Positions 27,684 to 36,486 of a DNA stretch of 64,000 bases are shown here, piece by piece; position 1 is the first letter of the stretch, and each line of letters starts with the position of its first letter. The DNA lies in NCBI GenBank assembly GCA_964463525.1, contig CAYXDE010000009.1:10297-74296 (forward strand). The letters run 5' to 3'. A program made the position numbers and the translations under genes. The notes under the pieces are model-generated. The model searched no databases and was not told the DNA's origin. It saw nothing but the letters and a program-made list of their open reading frames with translations. Source of the DNA: an uncultured Dehalococcoidia bacterium (GTDB taxonomy: Bacteria > Chloroflexota > Dehalococcoidia > Lucifugimonadales > UBA3495).

Positions 27684-28697
27684 CTAACCGCCTATCTGGT
27701 ACATCTCGATCTTTCTTGGCGCGCCCGGATCGTTGGGGTTGGCGGCCCGTTCCTCTGAGTAGCGGTCGGAGCGCGCGGTCCAGATGCCGGTGATGGTTTC
27801 CCTCAGTTCATCGTCGGACGCTCCGGCGCGCATGGGCTCCATCAGGCTAACCCCGTCGCTGGCGAAGAGACAGGTAAAGATCTTGCCGTCGGTGGACAGA
27901 CGCACCCTGGAGCAGTCTCCGCAGAAAGGCTTGGTCACCGAGGCTATAACACCGATCTCGCCGCCGCCGTCCTTATAACGGTACCTCGCAGCCACCTCTC
28001 CTTGGTAGTTGCTTTCGGCGGGTTCCAGGGGCATTTCGGCGTCGATGCAGGAGATGATCTCCTCAGCGGAGACCACGTGCTCCGACCGCCAGCCGTTGCG
28101 GTTTCCAACGTCCATGTATTCGATGTAGCGGACGATGTGGCCCGTTCCCTTGAAGTGGCGTGCCAGGTCGACGATGGTGTGGTCGTTGACGCCCTTCTGC
28201 ACCACGCAGTTTATCTTGATGGGTGACAGGCCCACATCGGCGGCCTTCTGGATACTTTCCAGCACCCGCCCGGTGGTGAAGCCGCGGCCGTTCATGGCCT
28301 TGAAGACCTCGTCATCCAGGCTGTCCAGGCTGACGGTGATACGGGACAGGCCGGCATCCTTCAGCGGTTGGGCGAACTGACTGAGCAGGTAGCCGTTGGT
28401 GGTCAAGGTCAGGTCGTCGATGCCTTCGATGGCGTTCAGCATGCCCAGCAGTTGGGGCAGGTCGTTGCGCAAGAGGGGTTCGCCGCCGGTCACACGCAGC
28501 TTCTCGATGCCCAACTCGGCGAAGATGCCGATCAGCCGGGTCACCTCTTCGAATGTGAGGATATCGGCCCTGGGCAGGAACTCGTATGCCTCGCCGTAGA
28601 TCTCGGCGGGCATGCAGTAGGGACACCGGAAATTGCACCGGTCCGTGACGGAGATGCGCAGGTCCCGCATGGGCCTGCCGAATTTGTCAGTGAGCAT
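27684..28697 (-). CDS. moaA: GTP 3',8-cyclase MoaA (radical SAM)
   Basis: 337 aa. CNFRCPYCMP radical-SAM cluster, C-terminal CGDCSRVRLSTDGK second cluster, and a GG tail. Confidence 0.95.
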   Translation of the reverse strand: MLTDKFGRPMRDLRISVTDRCNFRCPYCMPAEIYGEAYEFLPRADILTFEEVTRLIGIFAELGIEKLRVTGGEPLLRNDLPQLLGMLNAIEGIDDLTLTTNGYLLSQFAQPLKDAGLSRITVSLDSLDDEVFKAMNGRGFTTGRVLESIQKAADVGLSPIKINCVVQKGVNDHTIVDLARHFKGTGHIVRYIEYMDVGNRNGWRSEHVVSAEEIISCIDAEMPLEPAESNYQGEVAARYRYKDGGGEIGVIASVTKPFCGDCSRVRLSTDGKIFTCLFASDGVSLMEPMRAGASDDELRETITGIWTARSDRYSEERAANPNDPGAPRKIEMYQIGG

Positions 28698-28701
28698 TCA
28701 G

Positions 28702-29412
28702 CTATCGGCTATCAGTAGTCAGCTTTTTCAGGGCTTCCACCGCTTTTCCGGCGGCTTTGGCGCGGTGGCTGATCTGGTTTTTCACGTCTGAAGAGATTTG
28801 GGCCGCGGTCTGGTCATATTCGGGGAGATAGAACACCGGATCGTAGCCGAAACCGTTCTCGCCAGCAGCTTCTAATTGTATCATTCCGGCCACGAAACCC
28901 TCGGATCGGGTGACCAAGAGAACCTGGTCTGCCTCTGAGGTGCGAAAATCCCCCTCCCGTCCCCCTTTACGAAAGGGGGAAGCCTGTTCCCCCCTTTCAT
29001 AAATGGGGGTTAGGGGGGATTTCGGCTGAGCAATAGCGATCACGCACCGGAAACGCGCGCCACGCTCTTCCCACGGCACGTCCTTCATGTTCTTCAGCAG
29101 CAACTCCACCCGGTCTTCGTCGCTGGTGCAGGAGTCGCCGCCGTAACGGGCAGACCGTACACCCGGATCGCCGCCGAGGGCATCAACCTCCAAGCCGGAG
29201 TCGTCGGCCAGGGTCAGCAGCCCTGAGATGGCCGCGTACTCTGAGGCCTTCAGCCAGGCGTTTTCTTCAAAGGTCTCCCCGGTCTCGTCCACCTCATGGG
29301 TTATGCCCAGGTCCCGCAGCGAAACCAGTTCAAAGGGCAGACCGGCCAACAGCTCAGCATACTCCCGCATCTTACCGGGATTTCCGGTGGCGATGAGAAG
29401 TTTGGCCGCCAT
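28702..29412 (-). CDS. rdgB: dITP/XTP pyrophosphatase RdgB (Ham1 family) carrying an in-frame 26-codon repeat-element insertion
   Basis: IATGNPGKMRE, TFEENAWLKA, DDSGLEVDAL, GFGYDPVF and NQISHRAKA are canonical. It is 236 aa versus about 200 expected. The extra KSPLTPIYERGEQASPFRKGGREGDF is encoded by the palindromic element at 28945-29022. Confidence 0.9.
   Translation of the reverse strand: MAAKLLIATGNPGKMREYAELLAGLPFELVSLRDLGITHEVDETGETFEENAWLKASEYAAISGLLTLADDSGLEVDALGGDPGVRSARYGGDSCTSDEDRVELLLKNMKDVPWEERGARFRCVIAIAQPKSPLTPIYERGEQASPFRKGGREGDFRTSEADQVLLVTRSEGFVAGMIQLEAAGENGFGYDPVFYLPEYDQTAAQISSDVKNQISHRAKAAGKAVEALKKLTTDSR
28945..29022. repeat. 78-nt C/G-tract palindromic repeat element inside rdgB
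   Basis: Coding strand: AAATCCCCCCTAACCCCCATTTATGAAAGGGGGGAACAGGCTTCCCCCTTTCGTAAAGGGGGACGGGAGGGGGATTTT. Outer arms AAATCCCCCC/GGGGGATTT plus two internal hairpins. A sister copy lies at 54580-54625. Confidence 0.75.
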
Positions 29413-29413
29413 G

Positions 29414-30658
29414 CTAGATCGTCCCCTGCCCGATCATCTCGGCCAGTTCCTTTTCATCCAACCCCAACCAGGCCCCATAGATATGTGAGTTATGCTCTCC
29501 AACCGTTGGCCCGGCGTGTTCCACTGATCCAGGTGTTTCGCTGAACTTGGGGACGACGCCCAGCATCTTGGTCTGGCCCAGCTCGGGGTCGTCGATGTCG
29601 ATGATGTCCTCGCGGGCCTGGTAATGGGGGTCATTCATGATCTGGGCGGCGTCGTAGACCGGCCCCACCACTCCTCCGGCGGGGATGAGTTGGTCCATGG
29701 TCTCCTGCAAGTCATGCTGCCCTAGCCACCCGTTCAACTCGTCATTCAGGAGGTCCCGGTTCTCCAGCCGGGCGGCGTTGTCTTTGAACTCGGGCCGCTC
29801 CAGCAGCTGCTCCATGCCCATGGCCTTGGCCAACCCCTCGAAGGTGCTCTGCGATGTTGCAGAGAGGCCCAGCCAGCGGTCGTCTGCGGTCTTGTACAGG
29901 CTGCGGGGTGCGGCGTCTGGAAAGTCGTTGCCGACCCGCTCCCGGTTGATGCCCAGCATGTCGAACATGGTGATGTGGGGGATGCAGAGCCGGAAAAGCG
30001 GCTCGAAAAGACTCACATCCACCACCTGGCCCTTGGCTTCGGGATTTCCCGAAGCGTCTCTGTGATACAGGGCCATCATGCCGGACATGGCGCCGAAGAC
30101 CCCGGCGATCTCATCGGCCAGCGGGATGGGCGGCAATACCGGGGGAGTGTCCTGGAAGCCGGTCATGCCCACAAAGCCGCTCATGCACTCGGCGATGGTG
30201 CCGAAGCCGGGCCGGTCTTTGTATGGGCCCGACTGTCCGAACCCGGAGTAACGCAGCATCACCAGCTTGGGGTTCACTTTGTGCAGGTCGTCCGGGCCCA
30301 GCCCCCAGCGTTCCATGGCGCCCGGCCGGAATCCCTCGATCAGGACGTCGGCTTCGGCGGCCAGTCTCTTGAGCAGATCTTGGCCCTCGGGCGTGCCCAG
30401 GTTCAGGGTAATGGACTTCTTGTTGCGGGAGTGGACCTTCCACCATAGCGAGACCCCGTTTGCGAACGGCCCCCAGTTTCGGAGGGGGTCTCCCGTGCCG
30501 GGGCGTTCCACCTTGACCACCTCGGCGCCGAAATCCGCCAGCAGACTGCTGGCGGTGCCCCCTGCCACGATTATCGATAGGTCCAGGACTTTTAGGCCTG
30601 CTAATGGCCCCTGAGCAGTGGTCAATCTTCTCTCCCGTTTTGAGGGCGTCTGGCGCAC
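29414..30658 (-). CDS. CaiB/BaiF family (class III) CoA-transferase
   Basis: 414 aa. GPLAGLKVLDLSIIVAGGTASSLLADFGAEVVKVERP is the family's hallmark N-terminus. Confidence 0.88.
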   Translation of the reverse strand: MRQTPSKRERRLTTAQGPLAGLKVLDLSIIVAGGTASSLLADFGAEVVKVERPGTGDPLRNWGPFANGVSLWWKVHSRNKKSITLNLGTPEGQDLLKRLAAEADVLIEGFRPGAMERWGLGPDDLHKVNPKLVMLRYSGFGQSGPYKDRPGFGTIAECMSGFVGMTGFQDTPPVLPPIPLADEIAGVFGAMSGMMALYHRDASGNPEAKGQVVDVSLFEPLFRLCIPHITMFDMLGINRERVGNDFPDAAPRSLYKTADDRWLGLSATSQSTFEGLAKAMGMEQLLERPEFKDNAARLENRDLLNDELNGWLGQHDLQETMDQLIPAGGVVGPVYDAAQIMNDPHYQAREDIIDIDDPELGQTKMLGVVPKFSETPGSVEHAGPTVGEHNSHIYGAWLGLDEKELAEMIGQGTI

Positions 30659-30742
30659 CTAGATGTAGGTGGTTAATACTACCAGCCGGTCAGGACAGGG
30701 AAAAGGCTCGAACAACGTGTTCGAGAACCGCCGGGTCTAGCC

Positions 30743-30771
30743 TGTAACCGCGTGGGGGTCTCTGCTATAAT
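30743..30771 (+). promoter_or_regulatory. candidate promoter of the nuo operon (extended -10)
   Basis: TGCTATAAT (TGn-TATAAT, TATAAT at 30766-30771) with a weak -35 TGTAAC 17 nt upstream, about 85 nt before nuoA. Confidence 0.35.
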
Positions 30772-30855
30772 CTGGGACGATTCCGGGGCCGTCTGCCGCG
30801 GTCTCTATTCGTCTGTTGTAATTTCTGCCGTAGTTTCCGGGGTAGATGAGCGCCC

Positions 30856-31239
30856 ATGTTAGATAATTATTTCCGCGAGTACGGACTCATCGCCATCTTC
30901 ATGGTGGTGGCCATCGGCGTTCCAATCAGCATGCTGATGATGTCGTCCATGGCAGGCCGCATCGGACTCCGCCCCAACAAGCCCACCGAGATCAAATCCG
31001 ACACCTACGAGTGCGGAGTCGAGCCCATCGGCGGACGCTGGGAGTTGTTTAACTTCCGCTATTACATGTTCGCCATCCTGTTCGTCATCTTCGATGTCGA
31101 GGTTGTGTTCCTTTATCCCTGGGCAGCCAAGTTCAATCAGCTTGAATTGTTCGCGCTGATCGAGATGGGCGTATTCGTGGGTATCTTGGTCGTGGGTCTG
31201 GCTTATGCCTGGCGTAAGCACGACTTGGACTGGGCTTAG
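30856..31239 (+). CDS. nuoA: NADH-quinone oxidoreductase subunit A
   Basis: 127 aa, 3 TM segments, TYECGVEP motif. First gene of the nuo cluster. Confidence 0.9.
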   Translation: MLDNYFREYGLIAIFMVVAIGVPISMLMMSSMAGRIGLRPNKPTEIKSDTYECGVEPIGGRWELFNFRYYMFAILFVIFDVEVVFLYPWAAKFNQLELFALIEMGVFVGILVVGLAYAWRKHDLDWA

Positions 31240-31248
31240 GGGGCTGCT

Positions 31249-31902
31249 ATGACTTTGGAATTGACGCCGGGAGACGGCCCGCTACAGTCCCGCACATGGG
31301 ACCTGGACCGCTATGAAGGTTCGCTGGTTAAGGACCTGAAGGACTCGTCCATAGAACCCCTGGCCGAGCCCACCATCGAGGTCCCAGACGACCTCAAGAA
31401 CAATCTCATGATCACGTCGGTCGACGCCTTGGTGAACTGGGGCCGCAAATCGGCTCTATGGCCGGTGACATTTGGCCTGGCCTGCTGTGCCTTTGAGATG
31501 ATAGCCAGCGCCATGGGCCGGTTCGACATCGCCCGATTTGGCATGGAGGCCTTCCGCGCCTCGCCCCGCCAGGCTGACTTGATGATCGTGGCCGGGACCG
31601 TGACCTGGAAGATGTCCCCGGCCATCCGCCGAATCTACGACCAGATGGCCGAACCCAAGTGGGTGATATCCATGGGTGTCTGCGCCACCAGCGGCGGCCC
31701 CTATTACGGCTCCTACAGCGTTGTGCCCGGCGTTGACCACATAGTTCCGGTTGACGTTTATGTACCGGGTTGCCCGCCGCGCCCCGACGCACTGCTCTAC
31801 GGCATCATGGAGCTGCACGAAAAGATCAAGAAGTACCACAACCTGCCCGATGGCCCGAACCTGAACCCGTTCCGGAGCGGCCCCAAGCAGGAGAACTCCT
31901 AG
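31249..31902 (+). CDS. nuoB: NADH-quinone oxidoreductase subunit B (N2 cluster)
   Basis: [18 protein letters not shown] and VPGCPPRP cysteine motifs. N-terminal extension of about 50 aa. Confidence 0.95.
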   Translation: MTLELTPGDGPLQSRTWDLDRYEGSLVKDLKDSSIEPLAEPTIEVPDDLKNNLMITSVDALVNWGRKSALWPVTFGLACCAFEMIASAMGRFDIARFGMEAFRASPRQADLMIVAGTVTWKMSPAIRRIYDQMAEPKWVISMGVCATSGGPYYGSYSVVPGVDHIVPVDVYVPGCPPRPDALLYGIMELHEKIKKYHNLPDGPNLNPFRSGPKQENS

Positions 31903-32352
31903 ATGGCCGTTCAGCAACTGATCGGCGATGACCTTGCAGAAAAGATATCTGCCGGCGTTTCCGGCTCGTTAGTCGGCGGAGGAGTGTGCGACGGCGTCAT
32001 CTGGGTCCAACCGTCCAGGATCGCTGACGTATGCTCGTTCCTCAAGTCGGACTCGGGTCTGGACTTCAATTTCTTGAACTCCATCTCGGCCGTCGACTAC
32101 ATCAACCATTTCGAGGTCGTCTACCATCTGACCTCGCTGAACAAACAACACACGGCAACCATCAAGACCCGTCTGGACGGACGCGATGAGTTGACCTTGC
32201 CCTCGGTCTACCACCTCTGGCGGGGGGCCGACTTCCAAGAGCGGGAGATCTGGGATTTGATGGGCATAAGTTTCTCCGGGCACCCAAACATGAAGAGGAT
32301 AATGCTGTGGGAGGGCTTCGAAGGCCACCCACTGCGAAAGGACTACCTGTAG
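31903..32352 (+). CDS. nuoC: NADH-quinone oxidoreductase subunit C
   Basis: 149 aa. FQEREIWDLMGISFSGHPNMKRI is the 30-kDa subunit signature. The start abuts the nuoB stop. Confidence 0.92.
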   Translation: MAVQQLIGDDLAEKISAGVSGSLVGGGVCDGVIWVQPSRIADVCSFLKSDSGLDFNFLNSISAVDYINHFEVVYHLTSLNKQHTATIKTRLDGRDELTLPSVYHLWRGADFQEREIWDLMGISFSGHPNMKRIMLWEGFEGHPLRKDYL

Positions 32353-32382
32353 CCGTCGGCCGTTAGCTGACTGCTTCTTGCC

Positions 32383-33489
32383 ATGCCGATCCAAACTGAG
32401 CCGATGACGGTGAATATCGGGCCGCAGCACCCCAGCACTCACGGGGTGTTCCGGCTGCGCGTTACATTTGACGGCGAAGAGATCCTGGAAGTTGAGCCCA
32501 TCTTTGGGTACCTGCACCGGGGCACGGAGAAGCTGGCCGAGTCGCGCAGCTACACCCAGATCGTCACGCTGACCGACCGCATGGACTACGTTTCCTCCAT
32601 GATCAACAACCAGGCCTATTGCCTGGCGGTGGAGGATCTTCTGGGCGTTGAGGTCCCCCAGCGGGCCAAGTACCTGAGGACTCTCACCGCCGAGCTGCAG
32701 AGGGTGGCCAGCCACCTGATGGGCATCGGCTTCTTCCTGCAAGACCTGGGGACCTTGGGCACTCCTCTGATGTACTCCTTCCGCATCAGAGAGCGAATCT
32801 TGGACCTGTTCGAGATGCTCTGCGGAGCGCGGATCACCGTGAGTTACAGCCGTCCCGGCGGCGTGTTCTTCGATGCCCCGGACGACTTCTGGCCGGCCCT
32901 GGACCAGTTCCTGAAGGACTTTGAGACCGAGTACAAAGAGCTCGAGCAATTGATCTTGGAGAACGAGATCGTCATGGTCCGCACGCGCGGGGTCAGCCTG
33001 CTTCCGTTGGACGTGGCGATCAACTCTTCGGTCAGCGGGCCGGCGCTTCGGGCTAGCGGGCTGGACTGGGACTGGCGCAAGATGGCCCCCTATGACGCCT
33101 ACGACCGCATGGAGTTCGATGTCCCGGTGGCCACAGGCGGCGATAATTACGACCGGTTCTGGGTGCGCATCCAAGAGATACACCAGAGCATCCGCATCGT
33201 TAAGCAGTGCATCGAGCAGATCGAGCCGGGCCCAACCAGGGCGGACGTTCCCCTGATATTGAGGCCCCCGGTTGGCGCCGAGGCATACCGGCGGGTGGAG
33301 GCTTCCAAGGGCGAACTGGCCTTCTATCTGGTATCGGACGGCGGCATCAGCCCCTACCGCTGCAAAGTGCGCTCTCCGTCGCTGATGAACCTGACAACCA
33401 TCGAGCATCTCCTGGTGGGCTGGAAACTGGCCGATATGATCGTGACGTTGGGCAGCTTGGATATCAACCTGGGTGAAGTGGACCGATGA
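32383..33489 (+). CDS. nuoD: NADH-quinone oxidoreductase subunit D
   Basis: 368 aa. GPQHPSTHGV, HRGTEKL and C-terminal LGEVDR are typical of the 49-kDa subunit. Confidence 0.95.
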   Translation: MPIQTEPMTVNIGPQHPSTHGVFRLRVTFDGEEILEVEPIFGYLHRGTEKLAESRSYTQIVTLTDRMDYVSSMINNQAYCLAVEDLLGVEVPQRAKYLRTLTAELQRVASHLMGIGFFLQDLGTLGTPLMYSFRIRERILDLFEMLCGARITVSYSRPGGVFFDAPDDFWPALDQFLKDFETEYKELEQLILENEIVMVRTRGVSLLPLDVAINSSVSGPALRASGLDWDWRKMAPYDAYDRMEFDVPVATGGDNYDRFWVRIQEIHQSIRIVKQCIEQIEPGPTRADVPLILRPPVGAEAYRRVEASKGELAFYLVSDGGISPYRCKVRSPSLMNLTTIEHLLVGWKLADMIVTLGSLDINLGEVDR

Positions 33490-34697
33490 GCTGTGTCCTA
33501 GCCCCAGATAACATCCTGCACGACACCCTACTGTTCCGCGTGATCTACGAGGGAGTGGGCGAAGTGCTGCCCTGCGGCTTGTCTTACGCCGTGGCCGGCA
33601 TCGCCATCATGTTGCTGCTGGTGAACGGAGTGCTTTTGGGCGCCGGGCTGTTCTCCTGGGTAGAGCGCCGCCTCATCGGCCGGTTCCACAACCGTGTTGG
33701 GCCCAACCGTTGGGGGCCCTTTGGAACACTTCAGCCGATGGCCGACCTGGTCAAGCTGCTATTCAAAGAAGACCTGACTCCCAGGGGAGCCGACCGCATC
33801 CTCTTCACCATCGTGCCTGTGGCTATGCTGGCCCCAGTGGTGTTGGTGATGGCCGTGGTGCCCTTCGCCAAAGATACGGCGCTGGCCAATCTGAATGTGG
33901 GCGTCCTATATATCCTGGCCGTCACATCGATAACCTCCGTCGCCATCTTCATGGCAGGGTGGGCTTCAGACAACCGTTATGCCATGTGGGGCGCGTCACG
34001 GGGCGTGGCGGTGCTGATCAGCTATGAAGTCCCGGTGGTAATGTCGCTGCTTGGCGTTGTGCTGGTGGCTGGGTCCATGTCCCTGGACGACGTGGTGTCC
34101 GCCCAGACGGTGCCCTTCTTGTTGGTACAGCCCATGGCATTCTTCGTCTTCCTGGCGGGGACGTCAGCGGAACTGAACCGCACTCCCTTCGATCTGGCCG
34201 AAGCCGAGTCAGAGATCATCGCCGGATATCACATCGAATACAGCGGGGTGAAATTCGCCCTGATCCAAGCCGCGGAGTTTGGCGCCGTGCTCACTTCATC
34301 GGCCGTGATGGTGACGTTGTTCCTCAGCGGCTGGTCGGGCCCCATCTCCAACTACTTGGGTTGGGTCTGGTTCCTTATGAAGATCGGCGTCCTTGCCTTC
34401 ATATTCAGTTGGGTGCGGGCAACATTCCCCCGGCTGCGGATCGACCAACTGCTGGCCTTCGCCTGGAAGTTCCTGCTGCCCCTCAGCATCATCAACCTGT
34501 TCGCCACCGCGATCGAGGTCTATTTCCTGCGCGATAGCGCCGGCGCCCTGGACACCACCGACCTGTGGATCATGGCCGGCATCAACTTTGGAGTGGCCTT
34601 CGGCTGCCTGCTGATCTTCGGCACGCTGATCAAAGAAAAGGTCAGGCCGGCAGGGCCGCTAACTGGCGCAACCTTCTCGCCGGGGGAGGCCGACTAG
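33486..34697 (+). CDS. nuoH: NADH-quinone oxidoreductase subunit H
   Basis: 403 aa, polytopic. GPNRWGPFGTLQP, GWASDNRYA and DLAEAESEIIAGYHIEYSG motifs. ATGA overlap with nuoD. Confidence 0.95.
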   Translation: MSCVLAPDNILHDTLLFRVIYEGVGEVLPCGLSYAVAGIAIMLLLVNGVLLGAGLFSWVERRLIGRFHNRVGPNRWGPFGTLQPMADLVKLLFKEDLTPRGADRILFTIVPVAMLAPVVLVMAVVPFAKDTALANLNVGVLYILAVTSITSVAIFMAGWASDNRYAMWGASRGVAVLISYEVPVVMSLLGVVLVAGSMSLDDVVSAQTVPFLLVQPMAFFVFLAGTSAELNRTPFDLAEAESEIIAGYHIEYSGVKFALIQAAEFGAVLTSSAVMVTLFLSGWSGPISNYLGWVWFLMKIGVLAFIFSWVRATFPRLRIDQLLAFAWKFLLPLSIINLFATAIEVYFLRDSAGALDTTDLWIMAGINFGVAFGCLLIFGTLIKEKVRPAGPLTGATFSPGEAD

Positions 34698-34698
34698 C

Positions 34699-35352
34699 AT
34701 GTATGGGATAAACATGGCCAAGGGCCTTTTGGTCACGCTGAAGAACCTGACAAAGAAGCCGTTCACTGTTCAATATCCCGAGGAACGGGTCAAGCAGCAC
34801 CCCAGGTTCCGGGGCGAGGAGTTCGTCTGGTATGAGGAGCGCTGCACCGGCTGTGCGTCCTGTGCCAAGTACTGCCCGTTGGGGATCATCAAGATCGTCA
34901 CTACTCCCAGCGAGACCGCCCCGGCCCAAGGCGACAAGTACAAGCTGGAAGTCTTCGACATCTCCATCAATAGATGTATGTTCTGCGGTCTGTGCGTGGA
35001 AGCTTGCCCCTACGATGCGCTTTACATGGGAAGCGGGTTCGAGCAGGGACAGTATTCTCGCAAGAACATGGTCATCGACATCGACCACCTGCGTCAGGCT
35101 GACAAGCACCCCAGCACCTTCTTCCGGCCCCAACTGGAGGAGAGCGGCTACGACCCCAGGGCCGGCCGTCCGCTCCATTGGCAAGAGGTCGGCCGCGAGT
35201 CGTGGCAGTGGCACCAGAAAGAAAAGGCGGGCATGAAGATCGAGCGGCCCGTGCCGTCGGACCTGCTGTCCCAAGAGCCGCCGGTGGACTCGTCTTTCGT
35301 GGAAGACAGTGAACCCGCGTCCACATCTACTTCCGGCGAGGAAGGCGAGTAG
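34699..35352 (+). CDS. nuoI: NADH-quinone oxidoreductase subunit I (2x[4Fe-4S]) with long acidic C-terminal extension
   Basis: CTGCASCAKYCP and CMFCGLCVEACP. About 90 extra C-terminal residues. Confidence 0.92.
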   Translation: MYGINMAKGLLVTLKNLTKKPFTVQYPEERVKQHPRFRGEEFVWYEERCTGCASCAKYCPLGIIKIVTTPSETAPAQGDKYKLEVFDISINRCMFCGLCVEACPYDALYMGSGFEQGQYSRKNMVIDIDHLRQADKHPSTFFRPQLEESGYDPRAGRPLHWQEVGRESWQWHQKEKAGMKIERPVPSDLLSQEPPVDSSFVEDSEPASTSTSGEEGE

Positions 35353-35949
35353 ATGCTCTTTCAGGACATCGTCTTCTGGCTCTTGAGCGTGATGGCCGTT
35401 GGTGGAGCGTTGGGGGTGGTATTGGTCCCAGACCTGTTCCGTGCCGCCCTGCTTCTGATCGTGGTGTTTATCGCCGTCGCCGGGTTCTTCATCCTGCTCA
35501 GCGCCGAGTTCCTGGCCGTGGTGCAGGTACTGATCTACGTCGGCGCCATAGCCATCCTGATCATCTTTGCCATCATGTTGACCCGGGACGTTCAGCGGGG
35601 CAACTTGCCCAACCGGTTGCAGATACCCGCTGTAGTATTCTCCGCGCTGCTGTTCTCTGCGTTGGTGGCGGTGGCCGCCGATACTCAGTGGAAATTCCTG
35701 CCCGATGTGGAGCAAGAACGTGTGGAATTGGTCCAGACCAGCTCGGTTACCACACTTACGGGAGAAGTCCTCGCCGATGAAGGAGTAACCGGCGCGGACG
35801 AGCAGGAAGAGGTACAAGAAGCGGGGCTTGCCGACCTCTTGATCAGCGACTTCGTGCTGCCCTTCGAAGCTGTTTCAGTGTTGCTCTTGGCGGCGCTCAT
35901 CGGCGCGTTGGTGCTGGTGCGGCCTGATCAGAGACGGGGGAGGGGCTAG
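35353..35949 (+). CDS. nuoJ: NADH-quinone oxidoreductase subunit J
   Basis: 198 aa with the TM pattern and position of ND6/NuoJ. AEFLAVVQVLIYVGAI motif. Confidence 0.88.
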   Translation: MLFQDIVFWLLSVMAVGGALGVVLVPDLFRAALLLIVVFIAVAGFFILLSAEFLAVVQVLIYVGAIAILIIFAIMLTRDVQRGNLPNRLQIPAVVFSALLFSALVAVAADTQWKFLPDVEQERVELVQTSSVTTLTGEVLADEGVTGADEQEEVQEAGLADLLISDFVLPFEAVSVLLLAALIGALVLVRPDQRRGRG

Positions 35950-35955
35950 CGAAGC

Positions 35956-36285
35956 ATGTCTTTTGAAGCCTTTCTGATCGTCGCGGCGATCTTGTTCTGC
36001 ATCGGCCTCTATGGTTCGCTGGCAAGGCGCAACGTCTTGGCCGTTCTGATGTCCATCGAGCTGATGTTCAATGCCGTCAACGTAACCCTGGTGGCCATGG
36101 CCAAGTACCTGGCGCCTGCGGGACTCCAGGACGATATAAGCACTGTGCTCACCGGGCAGGTTTTCGCGATCTTCATCATCACCGTGGCTGCCGCCGAGAT
36201 CGCCCTGGGGCTGGGCATAGTGTTCGCCATGTACCGGACCAACGAATCGGTGGACCTATCTGACGCCGCCTCGATGCAGCACTAG
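35956..36285 (+). CDS. nuoK: NADH-quinone oxidoreductase subunit K
   Basis: 109 aa, 3 TM segments. SIELMFNAVN and AAAEIALGL are typical of NuoK/ND4L. Confidence 0.92.
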   Translation: MSFEAFLIVAAILFCIGLYGSLARRNVLAVLMSIELMFNAVNVTLVAMAKYLAPAGLQDDISTVLTGQVFAIFIITVAAAEIALGLGIVFAMYRTNESVDLSDAASMQH

Positions 36286-36291
36286 ACCAAT

Positions 36292-36486
36292 ATGTGGGTT
36301 GAATTCAAACAAGCGCCAAACTTGATGATGGCCGAGATGTGGAAGGAAGTCCTCGAAGGAGAGGGCCTGCCCACCCGCATCCTGCCGGAAGGCGACATAC
36401 TGGACTGGGCCGAAAGGGTCCCGTTCAAGATCTACGTGCCCAAGGGCCGTGAGCATGTTGCCGAAGAGATCCTCAGGAAGCTATAG
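36292..36486 (+). CDS. small soluble protein, DUF2007-like (putative signal-transducing fold), embedded in the nuo operon
   Basis: 64 aa: MWVEFKQAPNLMMAEMWKEVLEGEGLPTRILPEG...IYVPKGREHVAEEILRKL. The pattern (A.....L...GIP...V.VP......A..IL) resembles DUF2007. It starts 6 nt after the nuoK stop, and its TAG directly abuts the nuoL ATG. Confidence 0.55.
   Translation: MWVEFKQAPNLMMAEMWKEVLEGEGLPTRILPEGDILDWAERVPFKIYVPKGREHVAEEILRKL

Noticed and set aside
31969-33408. Very long ORFs lie antisense to, or in alternate frames of, well-supported genes. Examples are 479 aa antisense to nuoC/nuoD, 34642..35817 antisense to nuoI/J, 43357..44577 antisense to sdhA, 45169..46173 antisense to sdhB, 46094..46999 in an alternate frame of the CCG subunit, and 38185..39090 antisense to nuoL/M.
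   Set aside because: Their translations are low-complexity, rich in Arg/Gly/Pro/His/Gln, with no motifs. They overlap genes with unambiguous conserved signatures. Stop-codon depletion on the antisense strand is expected in GC-rich coding DNA. There is no evidence of overlapping genes.
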